64,000 bases of DNA from an uncultured Verrucomicrobiae bacterium (GTDB lineage: Bacteria > Verrucomicrobiota > Verrucomicrobiia > Palsa-1439): the NCBI GenBank assembly GCA_963812605.1, contig CAWEWF010000006.1, forward strand, positions 256,001 through 320,000, in the 5' to 3' direction. Shown here one piece after another: positions 1 to 8,595 of this stretch. The first letter of the stretch is position 1. Every line of letters starts with the position of its first letter. The notes below the pieces were generated by a model. It worked only from the letters and a program-made list of their open reading frames with translations. It was not told the DNA's origin and did not search any database. Position numbers and translations under genes: made by a program.

Positions 1-1029
1 GCGATCGACGCGCGGCTTCTTGCCGAGCGCAATGGTCCCGGCTTTCACGCCGGCGCGGACGAGCGGATGTTTCTCGTCGAGCACCCACGTCGGGAAATAT
101 TTCTGCTGGCCGACTTTCAAGCCGGTCCAGGCAACGGCGTCGTAATTCAGAATCTCTACTTTTCCTTTCGCCTTCTTCACGGAAGGCAACGCCTGGATTT
201 CTTTCACCGATGACTGCGGCGTTTCGCCCTTGGTCATGCGCCGGTCGAGGTAGATGGCGCATTCATCAGCAACCGCATTGAACGACGGCGTGCTGGCTTC
301 GATGCACGTGACGGCCACGGTGCCGACGCCGAGGAATTTGTCGTACTTCAATCCGCGCCGGTTGAGCTTGTCAACGTCCTTGATGATCTCGGCCATCTTG
401 GTGATGGGGTTGTCGCCGCGCTCGGGCGCGGAAGCGTGGCAGGATCGGCCTTTGACGGTGACCTTGATTTCCATGCGGCCACGATGTCCGCGATAGACGC
501 CGAGATGCGTCGGCTCGGTGATGACCACGTAGTCCGGCACCAGCTTTTCTTTTTCGATGACGTGCAACAGGCACAAGCCGTCGCAATCCTCTTCCATCAC
601 GCTGCCGACCACCCACAGCGTGTAGTCACCGTCAAGACCGAGCTGCTGGATCGCCTTCCCTGCGTACACCATCGACGCCACGGAGGTCTTCTGGTCGCAT
701 GCGCCGCGTCCGTAAATCTTGCCGTTCTCGAACTTGCCCTTGAACGGGTCCCACTTCCACTGGCTGCGATCGCCGACGTGCACGGTATCGACATGCGAAT
801 CGATCATGATTTTCGTCTTGCCCTTGCCGATCCGGCCGATGACGTTGCCCATCTTGTCGAACCAGACCTTGTCGAAGCCCACCTTGCGCATTTCCTGGGC
901 GATGCGCTTGCAGACATTCCCCTCCGTGCCGCTGAAACCCGGGATGGCGATCAGGTCGCGGGAAAACTTGATGATGTCCTTCTCATAGGACTTCACGGTA
1001 CGGCGCAACAATGGGACAGAAGCTGTCAT
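1..1029 (-). CDS. ygeY: YgeY-family selenium-metabolism-linked M20 hydrolase (3' end runs off window)
   Basis: Manual translation MTASVPLLRR...; motifs DSHVDTV, GRGACDQK, EEDCDG, TEPT, RGHRGRMEI, SCHASAPERGDN, DRRMT; absent from ORF track because it is open at the edge. Confidence 0.85.
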   Translation of the reverse strand, partial: MTASVPLLRRTVKSYEKDIIKFSRDLIAIPGFSGTEGNVCKRIAQEMRKVGFDKVWFDKMGNVIGRIGKGKTKIMIDSHVDTVHVGDRSQWKWDPFKGKFENGKIYGRGACDQKTSVASMVYAGKAIQQLGLDGDYTLWVVGSVMEEDCDGLCLLHVIEKEKLVPDYVVITEPTHLGVYRGHRGRMEIKVTVKGRSCHASAPERGDNPITKMAEIIKDVDKLNRRGLKYDKFLGVGTVAVTCIEASTPSFNAVADECAIYLDRRMTKGETPQSSVKEIQALPSVKKAKGKVEILNYDAVAWTGLKVGQQKYFPTWVLDEKHPLVRAGVKAGTIALGKKPRVDR

Positions 1030-1060
1030 GTGATTCAATTCCCTTTCGTGCGCCCTGCCC

Positions 1061-1166
1061 TGTCATGCCGAGTCCCGTCATACGACGGGATCCCGCAGCA
1101 TTGCGGGACTCGTCGAGGCATCTCTGTCGTTATGGCGAGAAACCGTCCGCTTCGCTCGGGATGACA
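1061..1166. repeat. TGTCAT(C/G)CCGAG...CTCGGGATGACA palindromic repeat element with nested hairpins
   Basis: Terminal inverted repeats 1061-1072/1155-1166 (1 mismatch); internal hairpins 1073-1090 and 1091-1108; related half-element TGTCATCCTGAGC..GAAGGATCT near 31996. Confidence 0.7.
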
Positions 1167-1196
1167 AATCGGAAGGACGCTATGCGACTTGTACAA

Positions 1197-1229
1197 TTTT
1201 GACTCTTGCCCGTCAACAAATTCGTTGAC
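1197..1229 (+). repeat. Direct repeat copy 1 (33 bp) of xdh upstream region
   Basis: TTTTGACTCTTGCCCGTCAACAAATTCGTTGAC identical to the starts of 2059-2134 and 3208-3283. Confidence 0.95.
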
Positions 1230-1342
1230 GCCGTTGACCCGTTTGTCGTTCGTCCCAGTATGGAGAGGCGAGCCGACCTGCCCTCCCCCCTGCGACCACG
1301 TGTGCAATGGACACGGCACCTCGTCCATTGTAGAATATCGCC

Positions 1343-1564
1343 ATGACCAATGCTGCGGCAAAGACCACGATTCCAGCCGAGTGGCTCGAGGAATTTGAGG
1401 CAGCGGCGCGCCGTCCGCTGGCGCAGCGCTGGAAATACGCCTTCATCCATACGTACAAGCCGGTGCTGGACGATGCCTCGTACCGGGCGTTTGACACGTT
1501 GGAAGACTACCGGCGCTGGTGCGACCAAAACCTTCCCGACTGGCTCGGGTATGCCCGCCTTTGA
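1343..1564 (+). CDS. small hypothetical protein, putative antitoxin partner of downstream nucleotidyltransferase
   Basis: 73 aa; TAGAAT -10 box 6 nt before ATG; overlaps the next gene. Confidence 0.65.
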   Translation: MTNAAAKTTIPAEWLEEFEAAARRPLAQRWKYAFIHTYKPVLDDASYRAFDTLEDYRRWCDQNLPDWLGYARL

Positions 1565-2024
1565 GTATCGGCAAGCCGAGGAAGTTCGCGATGCACTCGC
1601 GCGTCACCGCGTGCGCTATCTGTTCATCGGCAAGTCCGGTGCCATCCTGCTCGGTTTTCCCGATACGACCCAGGATGCCGATTTGTTTGTCGAGAAAACG
1701 AAGGCCAATTGCCAGGCACTGGTGAACGCGCTCCGCGAATTGAATTTCGCGCTCACCGAACCACAGGCGGCTGACATCCGTCGCGGCAAGGATTTCGTCC
1801 AACTCAAAAACGGCCCGTTCGACCTCGACCTGGTTTTTGCTCCGGATGGGCTCGACCACTTTGCTGACGCTTGGAAACGGCGGATCGAAGTCGAGGGTTT
1901 TCCCGTCTGCCATATCGATGACATTATCGCCAGCAAAGCCGCCACGAACCGCGTCAAGGACCGGGAGTCGCTTCCCCGGTTGCGCTCTTTCCGCGAATAT
2001 TGGCTCGCCAAGCACCCCAACTAA
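1551..2024 (+). CDS. nucleotidyltransferase-fold protein (DUF6036/AbiEii-like)
   Basis: YLFIGKSGAILLG..TTQDADL, DLDLVFAPDG, DIIASKAATNRVKD pattern; start MPAFEY at 1551. Confidence 0.75.
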   Translation: MPAFEYRQAEEVRDALARHRVRYLFIGKSGAILLGFPDTTQDADLFVEKTKANCQALVNALRELNFALTEPQAADIRRGKDFVQLKNGPFDLDLVFAPDGLDHFADAWKRRIEVEGFPVCHIDDIIASKAATNRVKDRESLPRLRSFREYWLAKHPN

Positions 2025-2058
2025 GCGCCTGCGTGCCATGAGTTTTATCCCCCGGCTT

Positions 2059-2134
2059 TTTTGACTCTTGCCCGTCAACAAATTCGTTGACATAATGCAG
2101 CCGTGTTCTACCAGCCGAAGGACATCCAAAAGGC
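2059..2134 (+). repeat. Direct repeat copy 2 (76 bp): xdh promoter plus first ~11 codons
   Basis: Identical to 3208-3283; would encode truncated MFYQPKDIQKARS*. Confidence 0.95.
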
Positions 2135-2212
2135 TCGGAGTTGACCCTGGCTATTCCAGCCCGCGCGAGCTTTCAAGTTTCGGCCATTGGACGCCGCTGA
2201 CTAAACAGGCCG

Positions 2213-3190
2213 CTAATGGTCAGACGCTCGTGCCATGTTCTCGAAAACCTTGGCCGCGCTCACAGCGTTAGAAAAAGCTTGCTCCCAGATATCCAGTCTC
2301 TTCAGTGCCGCCGTTTTTTGCTTGTCGACCCACTTTAACTTAAGCTGAGCGATTGCTCCCGGATCATCAGTCAGTTCCGTCGCAAGCAAGTCAGGGTCTG
2401 CACTTCCACCATAAATCTCGTAATTCCAGAGATCACGAGCTTCTTTGTGATTAGCTAACACGATATGAGTCAGGCGGACTAATTCCTCGGCATTCGTATT
2501 GGGATAGACTTCGGTTTCTGTAGCTACGACGCTAGCAAGTTCATCAATCGGCGCGGCCATTTCTATGACCCTCTGAGCATACAACGGATAATTCACTCCA
2601 GCATTTATAGCCGATCCGATTTCGTTAATCTTGGACATCGCAGTTTTTGCTGCCACGGCGACTCGATCGTAGGATTCTGCCTGCTTGCGCGCCGCATATT
2701 GCCGTTCCTGCTCTGCCTTCAACGCCGCTTGTTTCTGCGCCTCGGCTTGTTCCGCCTTTTGTTGTTCGACCTTTGCCTGTTCGGCTTTCGCCCGTTCGGT
2801 TATGAGTTGTTCCGCCTTCGCCTGCTCAGCCTTGAGTTGCTCCGCCATTTGTTGCTCTGTCATTAAGTGCGCTGCTTTCTGACGATGCCAATGCCAAATT
2901 CCAAGAGCGCCAGCCACAAGAATTGCGACGGCAGGAATCCACAGGAGCAGTTTCTTGCTTGATGGACTCCCGGTTGGCTTTCCCGCCACGAGTTCGCGTC
3001 CACAGAACCGGCAGATTCGCGCTTCTCGCTTGATTGTCTCAGCGCAGTAAGGGCATTTCTTTGTCTCTGAAGTCGGAGGAGGAGTGGGCGGTACGGATAC
3101 CAACGAACGAGGCAGAGATGCCGGGGGCGAAGATGGCATGGCAGCGCTGACAACCTCACACCACACTGGAGAGATGGCCATTTGCGTCAA
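2213..3190 (-). CDS. zinc-ribbon, single-TM, coiled-coil hypothetical protein
   Basis: KKCPYCAETIKREARICRFCG zinc ribbon, one TM helix, AEQ-rich coiled coil; start uncertain. Confidence 0.75.
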   Translation of the reverse strand: MTQMAISPVWCEVVSAAMPSSPPASLPRSLVSVPPTPPPTSETKKCPYCAETIKREARICRFCGRELVAGKPTGSPSSKKLLLWIPAVAILVAGALGIWHWHRQKAAHLMTEQQMAEQLKAEQAKAEQLITERAKAEQAKVEQQKAEQAEAQKQAALKAEQERQYAARKQAESYDRVAVAAKTAMSKINEIGSAINAGVNYPLYAQRVIEMAAPIDELASVVATETEVYPNTNAEELVRLTHIVLANHKEARDLWNYEIYGGSADPDLLATELTDDPGAIAQLKLKWVDKQKTAALKRLDIWEQAFSNAVSAAKVFENMARASDH

Positions 3191-3216
3191 TTACATGCCC
3201 CCTAGTATTTTGACTC

Positions 3217-3251
3217 TTGCCCGTCAACAAATTCGTTGACATAATGCAGCC
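3217..3251 (+). promoter_or_regulatory. sigma70 promoter with palindromic operator in spacer (leaderless xdh transcript)
   Basis: TTGCCC (3217-3222) -17 bp- CATAAT (3240-3245), 6 nt before GTG; GTCAAC-N6-GTTGAC at 3223-3240. Confidence 0.65.
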
Positions 3252-4059
3252 GTGTTCTACCAGCCGAAGGACATCCAAAAGGCCCTTGAGCTCAAAGCCG
3301 AACTGAAGGAACGGGGCGCCTTCATCGCCGGCGGCACCGACATCGTGGTCCTCATGAACCACGGCAAAGCCGCGCCCGAAAACTTCATCGACCTCACGCA
3401 TATTCCCGAATTGCGCGCCATTCACAAACACAACGGCACGCTGGAACTGGCCGGCAACGTCACCCATGCGCAAACGGGCAAACTGCCGATCCGTTGCCTC
3501 GCGCAGGCTTCGTTGAGCGTGGGCGGACCGGGAATTCGCGAACTCGGCACGATCGCCGGCAATCTCGCAACCGCCTCGCCCGCCGGCGACGGTTCCGCCG
3601 CCCTGCTGGCGCTCGATGCGGAAGTGGAATTGACCAGCGTGCGCGGCACGCGGCGGCTGTCGCTCGAGAAATTTTTTCTCGGCTATCGCAAGACCGCCCT
3701 CGCACCCGACGAGATGATCACGAAAGTTATCATCCCGACGAACTACCAGACCGATTGGGCCAAGAATGGCAAGCGCGGCGCGATGAACATCTCGATTGTC
3801 GCGGCGGCGGTGGCCATCACCCCGAAAAAGGAAGTCCGCATCGCGCTGGCGTCCGTCGCGGCGACGCCGATCCGCTGTTACCAGGCGGAGACGTTTCTGG
3901 CAAAGAACGGCCTGATGGCGCGAAACAATTCGCGAAGCCTCCGAGACGGTGCGCAGCGAAATCAAGCCCATCACGGATCACCGCGCCAGCGCGGATTACA
4001 AAGTGCATTTGTCCGGTGTCATGGTGCGGCGGCTGTTGGAAGGTTTGGTGAAAGCATGA
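3252..4059 (+). CDS. xanthine dehydrogenase family FAD-binding subunit (frameshift ~3920)
   Basis: AGGTD, GTIAGNLATASPAGD; C-terminus PITDHRASADYK...LVKA* in shifted frame, stop 4057-4059. Confidence 0.85.
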
Positions 4060-4598
4060 AGAAGCCGGCGAAAAAAACTGTAGCGGCGGTCTATGACCGC
4101 CGAACGGCAAAGACCAATGGTCTCTGGCCGCTCCGCTTCAAGCTCAACGGCAAAAAAATTGCCACGCCGGTGCCGCCAACACGGACCCTGCTGGATTTTC
4201 TGCGGTTGGAACTGGGCCTGACGGGCACAAAGGGCGCCTGCCTCGAAGGCGAATGCGGGAGCTGTTACGTGTTGGTGGACGGCAAGCCAATGAATTCCTG
4301 CCTGATGCTCGCGCCGCAGGTGCAGGACCGCAACGTCACGACCATCGAAGGGCTGGCGCAAAACAAGAAGCTCGACGTGATCCAGCAGAAGTTCATCGAC
4401 TGCGGCGCGGTGCAGTGCGGCTATTGCACGCCGGGGTTGATCCTTGCGGCGAAAGCGTTGCTCGCCGAAAACCCGCACCCGACCCGCGAAGAGTTTCTGG
4501 TCGGCATGGAGGGCAACATCTGCCGTTGCACGGGTTACAACAAGATCCTGCGCGCCTGCGAGCAGGCGGCGGAGGAACTGGGGCTGAAGAAGAAATGA
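4056..4598 (+). CDS. xanthine dehydrogenase family 2Fe-2S subunit
   Basis: TGTKGACLEGECGSC, QCGYCTPG, CRCTGY; ATGA overlap with the FAD subunit stop. Confidence 0.9.
   Translation: MKKPAKKTVAAVYDRRTAKTNGLWPLRFKLNGKKIATPVPPTRTLLDFLRLELGLTGTKGACLEGECGSCYVLVDGKPMNSCLMLAPQVQDRNVTTIEGLAQNKKLDVIQQKFIDCGAVQCGYCTPGLILAAKALLAENPHPTREEFLVGMEGNICRCTGYNKILRACEQAAEELGLKKK
4080..4102 (+). repeat. GTAG-type REP within coding sequence
   Basis: GTAGCGGCGGTCTATGACCGCCG hairpin; similar intergenic copy at 30445-30468. Confidence 0.75.
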
Positions 4599-6934
4599 GC
4601 CGACCGACCGACACTCTCGAAGAGAGCGCTGCGCGCCTTGACGCGACCGCCAAAAGTTCCGGCGCTTACGAGAGCGGCCCGATGAAAGTCGTCGGCAAAT
4701 CGGCGCTGCGCCTGGACGCGGTTGGCAAGGCGACGGGCGCGACGAAGTACGGCCAGGATCTCTTTGACAAGAAGTTTCTTTTTGCAAAGGTACTGCGGGC
4801 CGCCCACCCCCACGCGGAAATTCTGCGGATCGACACGAGCGCGGCGAAGAAATTGCCCGGCGTGGTCGCCGTGCTCACCCACAAGGACGTGCCGGGCACC
4901 AACCTCCATGGCTTGATCCGCCGCGACCAGGAAGTGTTGTGCAGCAAGAAAGTCCGCTACATGGGCGACGCCGTCGCAGTCGTCGTCGCGAAGACGGAAG
5001 AGATCGCCGTCGCGGCCTTGAAAAAGATCCAGGTGGACTACCGGCCGTTGCCGTCCGTGCTCACGATGGAAGACGCGCTCAAGCCCGACGCGCCGAAGAT
5101 CCACGCCGAGGGAAATGTGCTTGGCGAGAAACATCTCCGCCGGGGCGATGCGCCGAAGGCCATGCGGGAGGCCGATGTCGTGGTCGAGGATACCATCCAG
5201 ACGCAGACGGTGGACCACGCCTTTCTCGACCTCGAAGCCGGCCGGGCGCGCTACGACGGAAAAATGTTGGTCATCGAAGTGTCCGGCCAGTGGCTGCATG
5301 AGGAACGCCGTTTGATCGCGCTCGCGTTGGGCCTGCCGTTGGAAAAACTCCGCATCATTCAACCGGCCACCGGCGGCGCGTTTGGCGGTCGCGAAGACAT
5401 TTCGATCCAGATTTATCTTGGCGCGGCGGCGTTGAAACTGAAGGGCAAAACAATCTGCCTCCGTTATTCACGGAGTGAATCAACGATCGCGCGCCACAAG
5501 CGGCATCCCATTCGCATCCATTACAAGCTCGGCGCAAAAAAAGACGGGACACTCGTCGCCGCGCAGATCACGTTCTATGTGGACAAAGGCGCGTACGCCT
5601 CGACGGGCATCGCCGTCATGCGCAAGGCATCGAGTCACGCCACCGGGCCTTACAAGGTGCCGCACGTCTGGGTCGATGTCCTCGGCGTGTTCACCAATAA
5701 CAACCCCTGCGGCGCGATGCGCGGCTTCGGCGCGGCGCAAACCGCCATTGCTTATGAGGGGTTGATGGATCGCCTCGCGGTGAAGCTCGGCATGGACAAG
5801 GCCGAGTTGCGCCGGAAAAACCTGGTGAAGTCCGGCGACGAAGTCACGACCGGACAGGTGGTGCCCTACGCCACCGCCGTCGAGTGTTTCGACGCGGTCT
5901 TGCAGCGGATTGACTGGAAGAACCGCAGCTACGAGACGCCCGCCCCGCACCTGAAGCGCGGCTACGGCATCAGCGTCATCTGCTTCGGTCTCGGCTACGG
6001 CGACGGGTTCCCCGACGCGTCGCGCGCCCGCTGCCGGCTCACCGCGGACGGCATCGTGGAAGTTTTCTCGGGCGCCTGCGATGTCGGGCAGGGGGTCATT
6101 AACATGATCGCGCAGATCGCGGCGGAGGAAGTCGGCGTGCCGCTGGAAAAAGTGCGGCCGATCCTCTCGGACACAGCGTTGACGCCCGAGTCCGGCAGCT
6201 CGTCGGCCACGCGGCAGACCTATTTCACCGGCTCGGCCGTGCACATCGCCGCGTCGGAATTGAAAAAACAATTGCAGGACATCGCTGCCAGCCATCTCCA
6301 GGAATTGGTTTACGAAATCCAGATCGAGAACGGCGTGGCCTTCAATATCCACCGCCCGGAAAAGCGGCTGACGTTGAAGGAAATCGCGCGCGTGGGAAAG
6401 AAGCGCGGTTTTTCGCTGGAAGCGACAGGCGTGTACAAACCGCCGACGATGCCGGAGAACACGCAGACGGGGCAGAGCATGCGGGCGTTTGTCACGTACC
6501 TTTTCGGGAGCCACGCCTGCCAGTTGCTGGTCGATACGGAGACCGGCGAGGTGAAAATCGAACGCTACATCGCCTGTCACGACGTCGGCAAAGCCATCAA
6601 TCCCGACCAGGTCACCGGCCAGATTCAGGGCGGCGTCGCCCAGGGAATTGGCATGGCTTTGATGGAAGAAGTGGTGATGAAAGACGGCAAGATCATGAAT
6701 CCGGGTTTCACGGACTACATTCTGCCGACGATTCGCGACGTGCCCGAGATTGAATGCATCGTGATGGAGAATCCCGATCCGGGCGGCCCCTTCGGCGCGC
6801 GCGGCGTCGGGGAACCACCGCTGATCGGGACGGGACCCGCCATTCTTTCGGCGATCTACGACGCCATTGGCACGCCGATTCGTGAGCTTCCCGCCACCCC
6901 GGAGCGCGTCTGGCGCGCTCTGTTGGAGCGCTGA
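4595..6934 (+). CDS. xanthine dehydrogenase family molybdopterin-binding subunit
   Basis: GGAFGGRE, AMRGFG, DVGKAINP, GGVAQGIG, GARGVGEPP motifs; start 4595 or 4682. Confidence 0.92.
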   Translation: MSRPTDTLEESAARLDATAKSSGAYESGPMKVVGKSALRLDAVGKATGATKYGQDLFDKKFLFAKVLRAAHPHAEILRIDTSAAKKLPGVVAVLTHKDVPGTNLHGLIRRDQEVLCSKKVRYMGDAVAVVVAKTEEIAVAALKKIQVDYRPLPSVLTMEDALKPDAPKIHAEGNVLGEKHLRRGDAPKAMREADVVVEDTIQTQTVDHAFLDLEAGRARYDGKMLVIEVSGQWLHEERRLIALALGLPLEKLRIIQPATGGAFGGREDISIQIYLGAAALKLKGKTICLRYSRSESTIARHKRHPIRIHYKLGAKKDGTLVAAQITFYVDKGAYASTGIAVMRKASSHATGPYKVPHVWVDVLGVFTNNNPCGAMRGFGAAQTAIAYEGLMDRLAVKLGMDKAELRRKNLVKSGDEVTTGQVVPYATAVECFDAVLQRIDWKNRSYETPAPHLKRGYGISVICFGLGYGDGFPDASRARCRLTADGIVEVFSGACDVGQGVINMIAQIAAEEVGVPLEKVRPILSDTALTPESGSSSATRQTYFTGSAVHIAASELKKQLQDIAASHLQELVYEIQIENGVAFNIHRPEKRLTLKEIARVGKKRGFSLEATGVYKPPTMPENTQTGQSMRAFVTYLFGSHACQLLVDTETGEVKIERYIACHDVGKAINPDQVTGQIQGGVAQGIGMALMEEVVMKDGKIMNPGFTDYILPTIRDVPEIECIVMENPDPGGPFGARGVGEPPLIGTGPAILSAIYDAIGTPIRELPATPERVWRALLER

Positions 6935-7000
6935 TACACGCGGCCGGTGACGGCATGGGCGTTGCTCCAGAATGGCGTGTTTTGCGAGATCACAAGGCAA

Positions 7001-7049
7001 TTGACAGGATGTATTTTGTATGTTAAGAACGTTCAGTTTTAATTGAACG
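7001..7049 (+). promoter_or_regulatory. promoter and inverted-repeat operator of GbsR-family gene
   Basis: TTGACA at 7001-7006; CGTTCA-N8-TGAACG at 7030-7049 abutting ATG 7050. Confidence 0.6.
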
Positions 7050-7565
7050 ATGCCTAAAAATACTCCATCCGCCAATTGGCCGGCCGTCCGTCGCAAGTTC
7101 ATCGAAGCTGGTGGCTGCACCACGCAATCTTTTGGGCTGGGACGGATCCTCGGCCAGATTTACGCCCTGCTCTATCTCAGTCCCAGCCCCCTTTGTCTCG
7201 ACGATATAGTCCGCGAACTCAGTGTCAGCAAAGCCAGCGTCAGCACCACGGTGCGCCAACTCGAACGCTGGTCGGCGGTCAAGCGCGTCTGGGTCCAGGG
7301 CGATCGCAAAGATTATTACGAAGCCGAGACGGATTTTCACGCGGTCCTGCGTCAGGGACTGTTGACGACAGTGCGCAAGAAACTCGATACCGCCGGTTCC
7401 CAAATCAGCCACGCGGAGAATTCACTTCGCGAGACTCGCGCCAAAGGCAACGGCAAAACCCACGACGATTTGACTGTTGTAAGGCAACGCCTTGAACGCG
7501 CCAAACGGTTTCACGGCAAGATCCAGGGACTCCTGAGCAATCCCCTGCTGGACCAGCTGCTGTAA
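7050..7565 (+). CDS. GbsR/MarR family transcriptional regulator
   Basis: GLGRILGQIYALLYLSPSPLCLDDI...SKASVS...GDRKDYYEA. Confidence 0.88.
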   Translation: MPKNTPSANWPAVRRKFIEAGGCTTQSFGLGRILGQIYALLYLSPSPLCLDDIVRELSVSKASVSTTVRQLERWSAVKRVWVQGDRKDYYEAETDFHAVLRQGLLTTVRKKLDTAGSQISHAENSLRETRAKGNGKTHDDLTVVRQRLERAKRFHGKIQGLLSNPLLDQLL

Positions 7566-7696
7566 GCGGCAAAGACGGGCCACTCCCTCCGGGAGTTGGA
7601 GACAGGAAAACGGAGCACGAACCTTCGATGGGCCGAAGGAAGAACAAACAGGCATTCGCTTCGCGCGACAGGCACCTGAATGGCGGCAGCTTGTTG

Positions 7697-8524
7697 ATGA
7701 TCAATACCGGAACAACTGTCGTCTCCGCTGAGCGGCGGGAGCGGCTCAGTCAGTTCCTGAGAGACCTCTGGAGCTTTCGCGAGTTGTTCTGGACGTTCGT
7801 GGAGCGCGACATCAAGGTGCGCTACAAGCAAACGGCCTTCGGTGTCATCTGGGTCGTGCTCCAACCGCTGTTCATGATGGGTGCGTTCTCCCTGATTTTC
7901 GGGAAGATCGCCCATATGCCCACGGACGGCCTGCCCTACGCGCTTTTTTACCTGGGGGCCCTCGTACCCTGGAACACGTTTGCATCCGCGCTTTCACAAT
8001 CCGCGCTCAGTATGGAATCCAATGTCCAATTGATCAGTAAAGTGTATTTTCCACGCGTCGTCGTTCCGGGGGGTATTGTGTGCGGGTCATTTTTGGACTT
8101 TGCCATTGGCTGGATCGTCCTGAACCTGGCGGCAATCGGGCAGGGATATTGGCACTGGCAATTGGTCGCCATGACTCCCCTGCTCCTCCTTGTGCAAGCT
8201 TGCACGGTTTTCGGAATCGGGCTCGTGCTCGCCGCACTCAATGCGCAGTACCGGGACGTAAAGCACGCGATTGGCTTTCTCGTACAGGTCTTGATGCTGG
8301 CCACACCGGTGATTTACCCGGCCTCGCGCCTGCCCATCTGGGCGCAGAACTGGATGTTTCTGAATCCCATGGCGGTAGTGATTACCAGCTACCGGGCCGC
8401 ACTCCAAAACACTTCTTTCCAATGGCCATTGATCGCGTTGGCGCTACTGACTTCCGTCTTCTATCTGGCCTGTGGGATCTGGTTCTTCCGGAAGCGGGAA
8501 CAGCGTCTCGCTGATATTCTGTAA
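7697..8524 (+). CDS. wzm: ABC-2 polysaccharide export permease
   Basis: RDIKVRYKQTAFGVIW, KVYFPR, YRDV, LNPM; multi-TM. Confidence 0.9.
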   Translation: MINTGTTVVSAERRERLSQFLRDLWSFRELFWTFVERDIKVRYKQTAFGVIWVVLQPLFMMGAFSLIFGKIAHMPTDGLPYALFYLGALVPWNTFASALSQSALSMESNVQLISKVYFPRVVVPGGIVCGSFLDFAIGWIVLNLAAIGQGYWHWQLVAMTPLLLLVQACTVFGIGLVLAALNAQYRDVKHAIGFLVQVLMLATPVIYPASRLPIWAQNWMFLNPMAVVITSYRAALQNTSFQWPLIALALLTSVFYLACGIWFFRKREQRLADIL

Positions 8525-8595
8525 GCGCCGAAACATTTCCTCAAACTGAAAGATTATTTTCAGCGGAGGATGAACGCCGTAGCAATTGATCTCCG

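Noticed and set aside
1197-3240. Three 33-bp palindromic repeats as a CRISPR array
   Set aside because: Spacers are about 0.8-1.1 kb and contain genes, the repeat is a promoter, and no cas genes are present.
3252-4598. Apparent FAD + 2Fe-2S subunit fusion (448-aa ORF)
   Set aside because: The conserved FAD-subunit C-terminus lies in another frame and ends at 4059 with an ATGA overlap; the fusion is produced by a frameshift near 3920.
4595-6934. Selenocysteine readthrough in the Mo hydroxylase genes
   Set aside because: No in-frame TGA lies within conserved domains; the TGAs are normal stops overlapping the next start.
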